DNA of 64,000 nt from a bacterium (lineage in GTDB: Bacteria > CLD3 > SB21). The stretch is taken from assembly GCA_013360215.1 (NCBI GenBank), contig JABWCP010000006.1, forward strand, positions 40,470 through 104,469, written 5' to 3'. The position numbers and the translations under genes were made by a program. Shown in pieces: positions 1 through 9,706 of the stretch (within the stretch, counting starts at the first letter, position 1; each line of letters opens with the position of its first letter). The notes under the pieces are model-generated. The model ran no database searches, had not been told where the DNA came from, and saw nothing but the letters and a program-made list of their open reading frames with translations.

Positions 1-978
1 CCGGGATTAGTTCCGGGATTGCAGGGTGAAGGGGATATACCCGGAAAATCCAAAGAATGGGTCGTTGAGCAAGCTGAGAAATTTTACATGAGCATGGGGT
101 TTGAAAAGCTGAACGATAATTTTTATAAAAATTCTGATTTGTATCCTGCCGATGCCGCAAGCGGACGAAAAAAGAATACCCATGCGTCGGCATGGCACCT
201 GAATCTGGATCAGGATTACCGTTCGCTGATGAGTGTCGAACCCAATATGGAATGGTTTAAAACGACGCATCATGAGCTCGGGCATATTTATTACTACATC
301 GCTTATACCAATCCTGAAGTGCCGCTTACCTTGCGTGCCGGAGCTAATCGTGCGTACCATGAAGCGATGGGTGACCTGATGGCTGTGGCTGCATCGCAAG
401 AGGCTTATTTAGCCAGTTTAGGTTTATTTGATAAAACTAAGACGCCCGATGCGATCAAACTTTTGCTCAACAGCGCTTTATCCAATAGTTCGATCGTTTT
501 TCTGCCATTTGCTGCGGGTACGATGACGCATTTTGAATACGAACTGTACGAAAAAAATCTTCCCAAAGAAGAATTTAATAAGACATGGTGGGCACTAGCC
601 AAAAAATATCAAGGTATAGTTCCACCGAAAGAGCGTGGTGCCGAATATTGTGATGCGGCTACCAAAACGCACATCATTGACGATCCGGCGCAGTATTATG
701 ATTACGCCATTTCGTGTGTTTTGAAATTCCAAATGCATGACCATATTGCCAAGCAGATACTCAAGCAAGATCCGGCCAATTGCAATTATTACGGAAGCAA
801 AGAAGCCGGTGAGTTTATTCGCTCGATTATGCGTCCGGGCGCGAGCAAAGATTGGCGTCAAGTTTTGAAAGAAAAAACGGGTCAGGACTTGTCTGCAAAA
901 GCCATGTTGGATTATTACGGCCCGCTTTATGACTGGCTGCTCCAACAGAATAAGGGAAGAAAGAAAGCCGAGTTTTGA
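1..978 (+). CDS. Peptidase M2 family (ACE-like peptidyl-dipeptidase), 5'-truncated by window edge
   Basis: HHELGH zinc motif, downstream GANRAYHEAMGD third ligand and HASAW motif as in ACE; frame is open from base 1. Confidence 0.93.
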   Translation, partial: PGLVPGLQGEGDIPGKSKEWVVEQAEKFYMSMGFEKLNDNFYKNSDLYPADAASGRKKNTHASAWHLNLDQDYRSLMSVEPNMEWFKTTHHELGHIYYYIAYTNPEVPLTLRAGANRAYHEAMGDLMAVAASQEAYLASLGLFDKTKTPDAIKLLLNSALSNSSIVFLPFAAGTMTHFEYELYEKNLPKEEFNKTWWALAKKYQGIVPPKERGAEYCDAATKTHIIDDPAQYYDYAISCVLKFQMHDHIAKQILKQDPANCNYYGSKEAGEFIRSIMRPGASKDWRQVLKEKTGQDLSAKAMLDYYGPLYDWLLQQNKGRKKAEF

Positions 979-985
979 GGAAAAA

Positions 986-1035
986 TGAGAGTTATGAATG
1001 CAGAGTTTAGAGTTTAGAATTTTAGATTTGCGATT
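986..1035. repeat. Degenerate 7-bp tandem repeat
   Basis: tgagagt tatgaat gcagagt ttagagt ttagaat tttagat ttgcgat. Confidence 0.55.
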
Positions 1036-1096
1036 AGACGATTGTATGCGAATCATTTGCATAAAACGTTTGAACAACGTGAGGGTTGTTTAGTTG

Positions 1097-1555
1097 ATGA
1101 TAAAAGAGATTGCTGAATTGAGAGGTTATCCGGTGATTTATTCGACGCCGGTGGCATGGGGCGAAATGGATGCGCTGGGGCATGTCAATAACATCATGTA
1201 CTTTCGTTATTTTGAAAGTGCGCGCTCCGATTATTTCCAACGCATCGGTGTATGGGATCATGCTCGGGAACACGGTATCGGCGTCATTCTACATTCGACG
1301 CAGTGCCGCTTTAAACGGCCTCTGACTTATCCGGATCAGATTCACGTAGGCGCTGCGACGGTCGAGGTGATGGCCGATCGTTTTCGCATGAAATATGCCG
1401 TGTGGAGTGAAACGCAACAGGCCATCGTGGCCGAAGGCGAAGGATTGATCGTCGTGTATGATTATAATCAAAATCAGAAATGTCCAATGCCATCGTGGAT
1501 GCGCGATGCGATGGCTGACTTAGAAAAAAAGGCGAGTCAGCCGACAAATTTGTAA
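1097..1555 (+). CDS. Acyl-CoA thioesterase (4HBT/YbgC hot-dog fold)
   Basis: WGEMDALGHVNNIMYFRYFESAR signature. Confidence 0.92.
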   Translation: MIKEIAELRGYPVIYSTPVAWGEMDALGHVNNIMYFRYFESARSDYFQRIGVWDHAREHGIGVILHSTQCRFKRPLTYPDQIHVGAATVEVMADRFRMKYAVWSETQQAIVAEGEGLIVVYDYNQNQKCPMPSWMRDAMADLEKKASQPTNL

Positions 1556-2223
1556 CCTAGACGGTGGACGGTGATAAAATATTGAGGCCGTTTGGGATTG
1601 GGCTCTAATTTTTGACGTAACCACGCCATGTGTACATCCACCGTGCGTGTTGTGATGTCTTCGCCATAATTCCAAACGTTCTCAAGTAATTCATCCCGGG
1701 ACAAAGTCGCATTGCGATGCTCGATCATATAGCGTAACAATCGAAATTCCTGCGCTGAGAGCTCCACTGTTTTTTTATGGACGCGTACTTCGGCTTTTCG
1801 AAAATCCACCTCAATATTGTTGAAACTGTAATTGTCCGACGCCTCCATGCGATTGGCCGGTTCACTACGTCGCAATAGCGCTTCGATACGTGCCGTGAGT
1901 TCGCTCATATCAAAAGGTTTCGTCAGATAATCATCGGCACCGAGTTTGAGTCCGATCACTTTATCGGTCGTCTGGCTTTTGGCGGTCAACATCAATATAG
2001 GCGTACGATCGCCGTCGCCGCGTAAATCGCGGCACACGTCCAAACCTGAACTTTGCGGCAGCATCACATCCATTAAAATAATATCATAACGATTCTTTCG
2101 GGCTTTGCTCAAAGCGATGGTGCCGTTTTCAGCGATGTCCACGGCGAATCCTTCACGCCGTAAGCGATCCGACAAAGTTATAATTAAACCGGGTTCGTCC
2201 TCGACCAGTAATAATTTTTTCAC
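1537..2223 (-). CDS. OmpR/PhoB-family response regulator
   Basis: Receiver (LVEDE, DVMLP, GADDYLTKPF) plus winged helix (TRTVDVHMAWLRQKLE, GYKF). Confidence 0.95.
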   Translation of the reverse strand: MKKLLLVEDEPGLIITLSDRLRREGFAVDIAENGTIALSKARKNRYDIILMDVMLPQSSGLDVCRDLRGDGDRTPILMLTAKSQTTDKVIGLKLGADDYLTKPFDMSELTARIEALLRRSEPANRMEASDNYSFNNIEVDFRKAEVRVHKKTVELSAQEFRLLRYMIEHRNATLSRDELLENVWNYGEDITTRTVDVHMAWLRQKLEPNPKRPQYFITVHRLGYKFVG

Positions 2224-4001
2224 GTTCCCTCCGGAAGAAAAACACTAAACGTACTTCCTTTACCGGGTTCGCTCTCAACACGGATAGTGCCGCTATGCAA
2301 TGCGACATATCGTTCCACAATGCTGAGCCCGAGGCCATTGCCGTGAATCTGTGCATCGCGTACTCCGGACGCTCTGAAGAAAGGTTCAAAAATGTGAGGT
2401 ATATCTTTTTTATCAATGCCAATACCACGGTCGGTTATATCGGTGCGAATATACGGCGATTCATCGGTCAACGTGATACGTATCGGTGCATTGGCGCGAT
2501 TGTACTTGATCGCATTGGCGATCAGATTGTTAAATATCGTTTGTAAAGCTTCATGATTACCTTTAATCGTGTTATGCGTCGTTTGACGGTTTTCGAAATG
2601 AATCGGGGTGTCATTGGGAAATGAGGCGATGCATTTTGTGATAATTATGGATAAATCCAAACGCTCCATTTTTAATGAATTTTTATCGGTGATGATACCT
2701 GAAAAATCCAAAATCTGATCTACCATGTCCGATAGGCGTTTGCTTTCACCACGTATCAACTCGCCATAACGCCGCACATCATTGGCATCGGTTACGATCG
2801 CATCGGAAAGATTTTCACCGGCTGATCGGATAACGGCAAGCGGCGTTTTAAGTTCATGTGAAACTCCGGCAACAAATTCCAATTGCTGATTCGCTAATAT
2901 CCGTTCCTTTCGTTGTGCGATCAAAAGAATAACGAGTCCTGCGGCCATGATAAGCAGAACGCCTGCGCTAATAAAAAGGTTTCGCCATCGTACGATTTTG
3001 ACGGCATTTTCCAATGAGCCTTCACGATGTATGACCCGTAACGTGCAACCTGACGTCTTGATGTCGGCATGCAACCGCGTTACGATCGAATCCATGATCG
3101 GATTAAATGCGCCGTTTGACGTACGTTCGCTTGTTTCAATGGATTGCGTTACGGTCAGGGTTTTCATGGTCGTTTTATCACGGGTGCCTTTGACGCGAAC
3201 CATAAACATATCTTGAGTGCGAATACGGGCAATCTCAGCGCTGATATCCGATTTTGACCAATGTGCGATCGGTAAATTAGGATTGGATTTGTAAAAAAAT
3301 TCAGATTGGTCATCATTGATAACAGCGATATCTACGTCATTTTCGAATGATGGGCCAAAGTGAATACCTGCTAAACTATCCATCCATGATTTGACCGCAT
3401 TCGTATCCAAAAGAACAGCTATGATTTCCTCAGCCGGTTGCTCCCACGGCAGGCTTAGCATTTTGCGCATCGGATTGACAGTCACGATGATATATGGGTA
3501 GTCGGCAAGGAGGTGGCCTTGCATGATAATCAGATTGTTTTTTTCCTTACCGGTCGAGCGCATAGCACGCATCCGCTGTAATTTGAGAACGATGGGGTTT
3601 GACAGTGTGTCGGAAACCCGATGAAGTTCGGGTTTTGCCGAATCCAACAAAAAAACCTCAGGTGTGTTATTTTCAGACATACGACCGTAAAAAACTGATC
3701 GAATCAGATCCTGACGCACAGCACCGGTTTGCCATTTATTGACGGTACTTTGCAGGATATTGGGCAACTGTTCAGGTTGATCAAAGTCCACTCGAAAAAG
3801 ATATTCATGTAGACGCGATATTTCACTGTCAAAATCCGATGCCATACGCGTAGCGCTGATATGGAGATTACTCCGCATGCGCGTCAATTCGCCTTCGCTC
3901 AGTCGCCCCAGCCAAATATACTGCATTGTTCCGATACTGATCAGCGCTATGGTAAGCAGCGCGATAATCCATCCCGGGTGTAATCGTTTTGATTTTGCCA
4001 T
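2220..4001 (-). CDS. Membrane sensor histidine kinase (HisKA/HATPase)
   Basis: Two TM helices, VSHELKTPL H-box, NLIANAIKY, DRGIGI, GNGLGL; overlaps regulator start by 4 nt. Confidence 0.95.
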   Translation of the reverse strand: MAKSKRLHPGWIIALLTIALISIGTMQYIWLGRLSEGELTRMRSNLHISATRMASDFDSEISRLHEYLFRVDFDQPEQLPNILQSTVNKWQTGAVRQDLIRSVFYGRMSENNTPEVFLLDSAKPELHRVSDTLSNPIVLKLQRMRAMRSTGKEKNNLIIMQGHLLADYPYIIVTVNPMRKMLSLPWEQPAEEIIAVLLDTNAVKSWMDSLAGIHFGPSFENDVDIAVINDDQSEFFYKSNPNLPIAHWSKSDISAEIARIRTQDMFMVRVKGTRDKTTMKTLTVTQSIETSERTSNGAFNPIMDSIVTRLHADIKTSGCTLRVIHREGSLENAVKIVRWRNLFISAGVLLIMAAGLVILLIAQRKERILANQQLEFVAGVSHELKTPLAVIRSAGENLSDAIVTDANDVRRYGELIRGESKRLSDMVDQILDFSGIITDKNSLKMERLDLSIIITKCIASFPNDTPIHFENRQTTHNTIKGNHEALQTIFNNLIANAIKYNRANAPIRITLTDESPYIRTDITDRGIGIDKKDIPHIFEPFFRASGVRDAQIHGNGLGLSIVERYVALHSGTIRVESEPGKGSTFSVFLPEGT

Positions 4002-4060
4002 AGTGAAAAATAGGCATTCGAACAGCGGTCTTCAATCGAAATGTGTGCTGCGATTCACAT

Positions 4061-4102
4061 TTTACATAGTTTACAACTCTTTTACGCCGGCTTAACAACT
4101 CT
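4061..4102. promoter_or_regulatory. Putative OmpR-family operator (11-bp periodic direct repeats)
   Basis: tttacaactct tttacgccggc ttaacaactct at 4070/4081/4092 between the divergent kinase and ABC operon. Confidence 0.5.
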
Positions 4103-4167
4103 AGTTCTAAAATCAAGTATCATTAGCGTAATTCATCATCGTCTATAAAACTTGGAAGGAACGCAGT

Positions 4168-4602
4168 ATGAAAAAAATAATCCTCATCTTAGGTATGGCC
4201 CTGCTCGGTGTCGGAGGAAATGCATTCGCGCAAGGTATTCGCTATATGGCTACGGGTCCTGTGCAGCCGGTGGATGAAGTCGGGGTTATATTTGCAGAAA
4301 AAGAGAACGGTTTGATTGCCGATTTGATTTTTCCTGAACACGCATTACCCAAAGGTTATAAACCTCAAGGGATTGAAAAAAATGATGTGTTGGTGATGGT
4401 TAACGGGGTTTCGGTAAAAACCGCAAACGAGTTGAAAGCGGCTTACGATAAAGTCAAAGTCGGTGATACGATCAAACTCGGGCTAAAACGCGGGGATGAA
4501 AAAATGATTGCCAGTTTTGCCAAAATAGATCCCGAGCATTTACCAAAACGTAAAATGATCAAACGTACGCCGGACGGAAAAGAAATAGAGGAAACCAAAT
4601 AA
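4168..4602 (+). CDS. Secreted PDZ-domain protein
   Basis: Signal peptide; GIEKNDVLVMVNGVSV...KVGDTIKLGLKRG PDZ pattern. Confidence 0.8.
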   Translation: MKKIILILGMALLGVGGNAFAQGIRYMATGPVQPVDEVGVIFAEKENGLIADLIFPEHALPKGYKPQGIEKNDVLVMVNGVSVKTANELKAAYDKVKVGDTIKLGLKRGDEKMIASFAKIDPEHLPKRKMIKRTPDGKEIEETK

Positions 4603-6092
4603 TGTTAAGGTGGTTTTCTTTTACAGTTCTATTCTTTTGCAGTACGGATTTTAGTTTGGTAGCGCAGTATAATGCATTTAACCAGCGTGATGATAAATAT
4701 CCGCTGTTGGGATTAAAACGCGCCAAAGAGGTTTATGAATCGGAGAAAGCCGAATACGAACGCGTTAAACAATTGTTTGATAAACAACTGGCTTCACCCG
4801 CGGAACTGGAACGGGCCCGGCGTTCACTGGCCGATGTTGAGGTGAACTATCAGCAATCGCTGTTGGCGGTGCTGTTTGAACAGCAATTTATCACGGTGTC
4901 ACGCGCGGTTAAATATCAGGACAAACGCGGACAGAAGCGTGTTCGTGTCGAACTGATGAACACCTCCGGCGGTGAGGCGGAATTTCGTAAGTTGATTTCC
5001 ATGGAAGACGAGCTATTTCGTTCCTTACAACCGGACCACATTAATAATATCTACGTCTCCGTAACGAACACGGAAGGTGCGATCATCAGTCAACCGTACG
5101 AATCCAAAGTCAACGAATTGATCTACGGACAGCCCGTGACACTGGATTTTGTAATGTTGCAAGATTTGGATGTGGTGAGCGTGAATATTATTTATGGTAA
5201 CGGTGCATCGCGCAGCATGCGGATTTTTTTACAAAAAGACGCCACGGAAAATAAAGTATTATTCCAATCCGAGCAGTTTTCACAGGAAGCAGATCTCGGG
5301 AGCAATGCCACATTTGATCTTACGTTGGAGTTATTCAGCGGCACGGATAATACGTTTAAGCTGGAAGTATTGAACCTCCCGCCGGAACTGACGCGTTATT
5401 TTCTTGATGCGGCAACCAATGCTAAACTCAGCCAGTTAAAGTTTACCGAATCGGCGCGTACCCGTAAGGCATCGCTCCGCGTTTTTCTGCCGGATCGTCC
5501 TACCGAACAAGTCCAAATCGAAAAAACGATTCCGTTTTATGTATTAGCGATACCGCAGGAAAAGCAGGCACTCATCCAAACGCAACGCGATAAGGTGTGG
5601 TCCCAACAAGAGATCGAATCGCTCAACGCAGGCTATCTCCGGCTGGAACTCATCGTCAAAGGCAATGCACGTTTATTGGTCAAAGCGCCCAAGTTGTATT
5701 ATGCCACGACAGAATCCGAGCCTGTAGAAGCATCACTTGAAATTCGCAACGACGGTTCACGCCGCCTTGATAACATCAAGTTTGAAGTGGATCTGCCCTT
5801 GGAATGGAAGAAGGAAATACAATCGCTGATGATTCCTTCGATCCATGTAAACGAAGAGTCGGTTGTGCGATTTAAGTTTTATCCGCCGGAACACGTGGCC
5901 GTCGGTAAATACGAAGTGCGCATCCGAACTTCATCCGTCTCCGATAATCAACCGGTCAATGCCGAGGATAAGGTAATTACTATTGATATTCAGGCGGGAA
6001 GTAATGTTTTGGGCACGATGGCGCTGATCGTTCTGATTCTAAGCATTATCGGTGGAATAGTTTGGTTCGGCATTAAACTCACACGTAAATAG
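4602..6092 (+). CDS. Exported, C-terminally membrane-anchored protein with NEW3/Ig-like domain and N-terminal helical hairpin
   Basis: Signal peptide; IRNDGSRRLDNIKFEVDLPLEW...PPEHVAVGKYEV NEW3-like motif; C-terminal TM helix followed by KLTRK. Confidence 0.7.
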   Translation: MLRWFSFTVLFFCSTDFSLVAQYNAFNQRDDKYPLLGLKRAKEVYESEKAEYERVKQLFDKQLASPAELERARRSLADVEVNYQQSLLAVLFEQQFITVSRAVKYQDKRGQKRVRVELMNTSGGEAEFRKLISMEDELFRSLQPDHINNIYVSVTNTEGAIISQPYESKVNELIYGQPVTLDFVMLQDLDVVSVNIIYGNGASRSMRIFLQKDATENKVLFQSEQFSQEADLGSNATFDLTLELFSGTDNTFKLEVLNLPPELTRYFLDAATNAKLSQLKFTESARTRKASLRVFLPDRPTEQVQIEKTIPFYVLAIPQEKQALIQTQRDKVWSQQEIESLNAGYLRLELIVKGNARLLVKAPKLYYATTESEPVEASLEIRNDGSRRLDNIKFEVDLPLEWKKEIQSLMIPSIHVNEESVVRFKFYPPEHVAVGKYEVRIRTSSVSDNQPVNAEDKVITIDIQAGSNVLGTMALIVLILSIIGGIVWFGIKLTRK

Positions 6093-6100
6093 AGGTATTT

Positions 6101-6850
6101 ATGACAGTACACAATCAACCCATTTTAGAAGCGGCACAATTGACCAAACGTTATGACGATGGTGCTTTAGCGCTTAACGGTATTTCGTTTCAGGTTCATC
6201 CCGGTGAAATATATGCGATGCTTGGAGGGAACGGCGCCGGTAAAACGACGACAATTAATATTTTTTTCAATTTCATCACCCCGACATCCGGCGAGGCCAG
6301 AGTCAAAGGAATCATCACACATCAGGAACCTTTAAGGGCCAAAGAACAAATGGCTTTTGTGTCGGAGAATGTGATGCTCTATCCTAATTTTACAGCGATG
6401 GAGAATCTTGAGTTTTTTGCAAAGCTGGGCGGTCGCGCAGACATAACCGAATCGGAAATGGCAGCCACGTTATCACGTGTCGGACTACAAAGCGAAGCGA
6501 TGAACAAAAAAGTCCGAACCTTTTCCAAAGGCATGCGGCAAAAATGCGGTATAGCCATCGCTATTATCAAAAAAGCTCCGGCCATTATTTTGGATGAACC
6601 TACATCGGGTTTGGATCCCAAGGCGGGGTATGAATTTAACCGATTACTGATCGAACTAAAACAAGAGGGTAAAGCGATCCTTATGTCCACTCATGATATT
6701 TTCAGGGCTAAGGAAGTGGCCGATCATATCGGAATTATGAACCGCGGCTCAATCGTGATGCAAAAAAACCGCGATGAATTAGCGCACGAAGATTTAGAGA
6801 AACTCTACATTGAATATATGGCGGGTTACATGGAACCGGTAGCCGTATAG
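6101..6850 (+). CDS. ABC transporter ATP-binding protein
   Basis: GGNGAGKTT, FSKGMRQK, ILDEPTSGLD, STH. Confidence 0.96.
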   Translation: MTVHNQPILEAAQLTKRYDDGALALNGISFQVHPGEIYAMLGGNGAGKTTTINIFFNFITPTSGEARVKGIITHQEPLRAKEQMAFVSENVMLYPNFTAMENLEFFAKLGGRADITESEMAATLSRVGLQSEAMNKKVRTFSKGMRQKCGIAIAIIKKAPAIILDEPTSGLDPKAGYEFNRLLIELKQEGKAILMSTHDIFRAKEVADHIGIMNRGSIVMQKNRDELAHEDLEKLYIEYMAGYMEPVAV

Positions 6851-6873
6851 CATTAAACATTAGTAAGGTGGTT

Positions 6874-8256
6874 ATGAAAAAAATATGTTGCATAGTCTGG
6901 TTCATTAGTTCTATTGCTACGGCCCAATCGCGTGATGCACAAGTAAGCGAGTTAGATTCATTGATACAATCAGCTTTACGAGACGGGTTTCATGGATTGG
7001 TGTGGGTTGAAAGCAACGACAAGCCGATCTACTACAAAGGTTTTGGTTTTGCTAACGAAAGTAATAACCAAAAATTTGACAGTACGGTTTTTGTACAAAT
7101 CGGTTCTACGGTCAAAGATTTTACGCGTGTTGCGATTTATCAACTAGTCGAAAAAAGAAAGTTATCTCTCAACGATCCGCTGTCCAAATATATGCCCGGC
7201 CTCGCAGGAGAAAAGAATAAGATTACCGTTCAGCACTTATTGAATCATACCGCCGGCTTTCCTATGGGCATCAAATTTGATGCGGAGCCGCTGACGAAAG
7301 AAGAAATGGTAGAACATATCAGAGGTCTAAATTTACTCTCAAGCCCGGGAGTGCACGAAAAATATTCTAACTTAGGTTATTCATGCCTTGCTTATGTCAT
7401 AGAAAAAATAAGCGGTCGTTCATTTGATGCCTATGTGGACGAGTATATTCTGAAACCTTTAGGCATGCATCATACCGGCACATATCGCCCTAATTTTGAT
7501 CGTAATAAAATAGCTCATGGATACCGTCAACATGCGGATATCGGTATTATTTTGGATATGCCGCATGATCAAGACGGGCACCTATGGAGTTTACGAGGGA
7601 ACGGTGGTTATTTATCTACGTTTCGAGATATGAAATTTTTTTTTGATTCATTTGAAACGGACAAATTATTAAGTACGCCGGCATTTCGCATGGCCGTTTA
7701 TGACTCCAAACAGCCTACGGTGCTGGCCGGATCAGATATGATTTCGTTCTATGGGTTTGCCAATTTTCCCGGTATCAAAGCGCGGCTCATGATTGCCAGT
7801 AATCATGATAATTACATGGGGCATCAATTGTTAGAATCCATTGAGGGATATTTACGCAACGGTAAAAACCCTATGGGAAAAGTTATCAAAACCGTTGAGG
7901 TAGATAGCCCCGGCGAGAGTGCAGAGGTTTTTGATTTACCCAAAGAGGGTGCGGGATTGACGATCCGACGATATGTTGAGGCTTTCAATAGCGGTAACGC
8001 GAATACGATGAAAGCGTTTTTTGAAAATTATGCCAAAAGCGGAGACGGTTTTACTCCGATGGAACGACGTTTGCAAAATTATAATCGGTTGTTTTCGGAT
8101 TTAGGTGTTATAACCGTGAGTTCATTTCAAACACGTGCGGATGGTTCCTGGGAAGTGCATGTGGGCTCGGCGAAAGCGAAAGCAATTTTTAATTTTCAAA
8201 TCGAAACTAAAGCGCCTTGGCGTTTTGAAGCTTTACAGATCGAATTAGGCGATTAG
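6874..8256 (+). CDS. Secreted serine hydrolase, beta-lactamase class C/PBP-like family
   Basis: SxxK (STVK), LLNHTAG, YSNLGY motifs; signal peptide. Confidence 0.88.
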   Translation: MKKICCIVWFISSIATAQSRDAQVSELDSLIQSALRDGFHGLVWVESNDKPIYYKGFGFANESNNQKFDSTVFVQIGSTVKDFTRVAIYQLVEKRKLSLNDPLSKYMPGLAGEKNKITVQHLLNHTAGFPMGIKFDAEPLTKEEMVEHIRGLNLLSSPGVHEKYSNLGYSCLAYVIEKISGRSFDAYVDEYILKPLGMHHTGTYRPNFDRNKIAHGYRQHADIGIILDMPHDQDGHLWSLRGNGGYLSTFRDMKFFFDSFETDKLLSTPAFRMAVYDSKQPTVLAGSDMISFYGFANFPGIKARLMIASNHDNYMGHQLLESIEGYLRNGKNPMGKVIKTVEVDSPGESAEVFDLPKEGAGLTIRRYVEAFNSGNANTMKAFFENYAKSGDGFTPMERRLQNYNRLFSDLGVITVSSFQTRADGSWEVHVGSAKAKAIFNFQIETKAPWRFEALQIELGD

Positions 8257-8281
8257 TTTCACAAATTAAATATAAAACTAT

Positions 8282-9694
8282 ATGTTTACGTTACTGCTGA
8301 AAAAAGAAATACGCGATATTTTAAACTCACCCAAGTTTTCCGTGCTTTTCGGGATGGGATCGTTGCTCATCTTGTTGGCGTTTTATATGGGTGCGCGCAA
8401 TTATCAAGTTCTGCAAAGTCAATACGAAAGCGCGGTGCGAGAAAATTTACGCCAATTGGAAGGCGTGACAGATTGGTCGCGCGTCGAACCACAAATACAT
8501 CTACCACCTTCGCCGTTAGCCAGTCTTATATCCGGTGTGAGCAACGATATCGGTCGCTCAGTACAAGTGCAGGCCGGTGCCGCCGAATTGATACCGGATC
8601 ATACGCGTTATGGCGAAGATCCCGTTTACGCGGCATTCCGTTTACTGGATTTGGAGTTTGTATTTCAACTGATTCTATCATTAGTGGCGATACTACTGGC
8701 TTATAATGCTGTTAACGGCGAACGCGAGCAGGGTACGCTCAAACTGATGATGGCGCATGCCGTGCCCAAAGATAAAGTGATTTTTGCTAAACTTGTCGGC
8801 AGCTTTACCGCAACGGCTCTGCCTTTGCTGGTTCCTATATTGATCGGCTGCGGTATATTGATGGTGATGAATGTACCGCTGACCGGAGCGGAGTGGCTGC
8901 GCCTGATGCTGATCGTATGTTCAGGAATGTTGTATTATTTCGTTTTTCTTAGTGTTTCTATCTTGGTTTCCTCGCTGACAGCCCGATCGGCTCATGCGTT
9001 TCTTGCGCTTTTGATTATCTGGATTTTTACCGTGCTGATCGTACCGCGTACGGCCGTGCTCTTAGCGGGTCGGGCGATCGAAGTGCCGTCCGTGGATGAA
9101 ATCAACTCACAAAAGTTTCGTCATCAATCGCAGCTCTTTAATGAACATTTTCAAAAAATCGGCGAATTTAAACCAAATTCAAACGATCCTGAAAAAGCAA
9201 TGAATGAATTTAACGAATTTATGGACAAAGCGCGCGCTGATCGGGAAAAGAAGGTCGTCGAATTTAATGAACGATTAAATGAAGACCGCGATAACCGGCA
9301 AAAAATACAACAGCAGTGGGCTTTTGCCTTGGGACGTATTTCACCGGCGACGTCGTTTTCGCTCGCCGCCATGCAATTGGCGGGGACATCTTCGGAACTT
9401 CGTAATCGTTTTGAAGAGTCCGTCAAATCGTATAAACAGACATTCAAACAATTTGTTTTTGAAAAAACGGGAAAAGCTCCGGGTGGCCATATGATGATGA
9501 TTCGTATCGGTGATTCGTCTGAAGAAAAACCGAAGCCTATCAATCCTTACGATTTACCGCAGTTTGTGATGCCATCGTTGACTTTTTCAGAAATAATCAA
9601 TGCCGCTTTGCCGGATATGGCCATTTTGATCGTCATCAATATGCTCATATTTGCGGCTACCACAGCTGCATTTCTTCGTTACGACGTACGATAA
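8282..9694 (+). CDS. ABC-2 type permease
   Basis: Multiple TM helices, AVNGEREQGTLKL motif, ends RYDVR. Confidence 0.9.
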   Translation: MFTLLLKKEIRDILNSPKFSVLFGMGSLLILLAFYMGARNYQVLQSQYESAVRENLRQLEGVTDWSRVEPQIHLPPSPLASLISGVSNDIGRSVQVQAGAAELIPDHTRYGEDPVYAAFRLLDLEFVFQLILSLVAILLAYNAVNGEREQGTLKLMMAHAVPKDKVIFAKLVGSFTATALPLLVPILIGCGILMVMNVPLTGAEWLRLMLIVCSGMLYYFVFLSVSILVSSLTARSAHAFLALLIIWIFTVLIVPRTAVLLAGRAIEVPSVDEINSQKFRHQSQLFNEHFQKIGEFKPNSNDPEKAMNEFNEFMDKARADREKKVVEFNERLNEDRDNRQKIQQQWAFALGRISPATSFSLAAMQLAGTSSELRNRFEESVKSYKQTFKQFVFEKTGKAPGGHMMMIRIGDSSEEKPKPINPYDLPQFVMPSLTFSEIINAALPDMAILIVINMLIFAATTAAFLRYDVR

Positions 9695-9706
9695 AAGGAG
9701 AAACCC

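Noticed and set aside
6874..8256. Bona fide antibiotic-resistance beta-lactamase
   Set aside because: SxxK and YxN motifs are shared by many esterases and peptidases of this fold; substrate cannot be assigned from sequence
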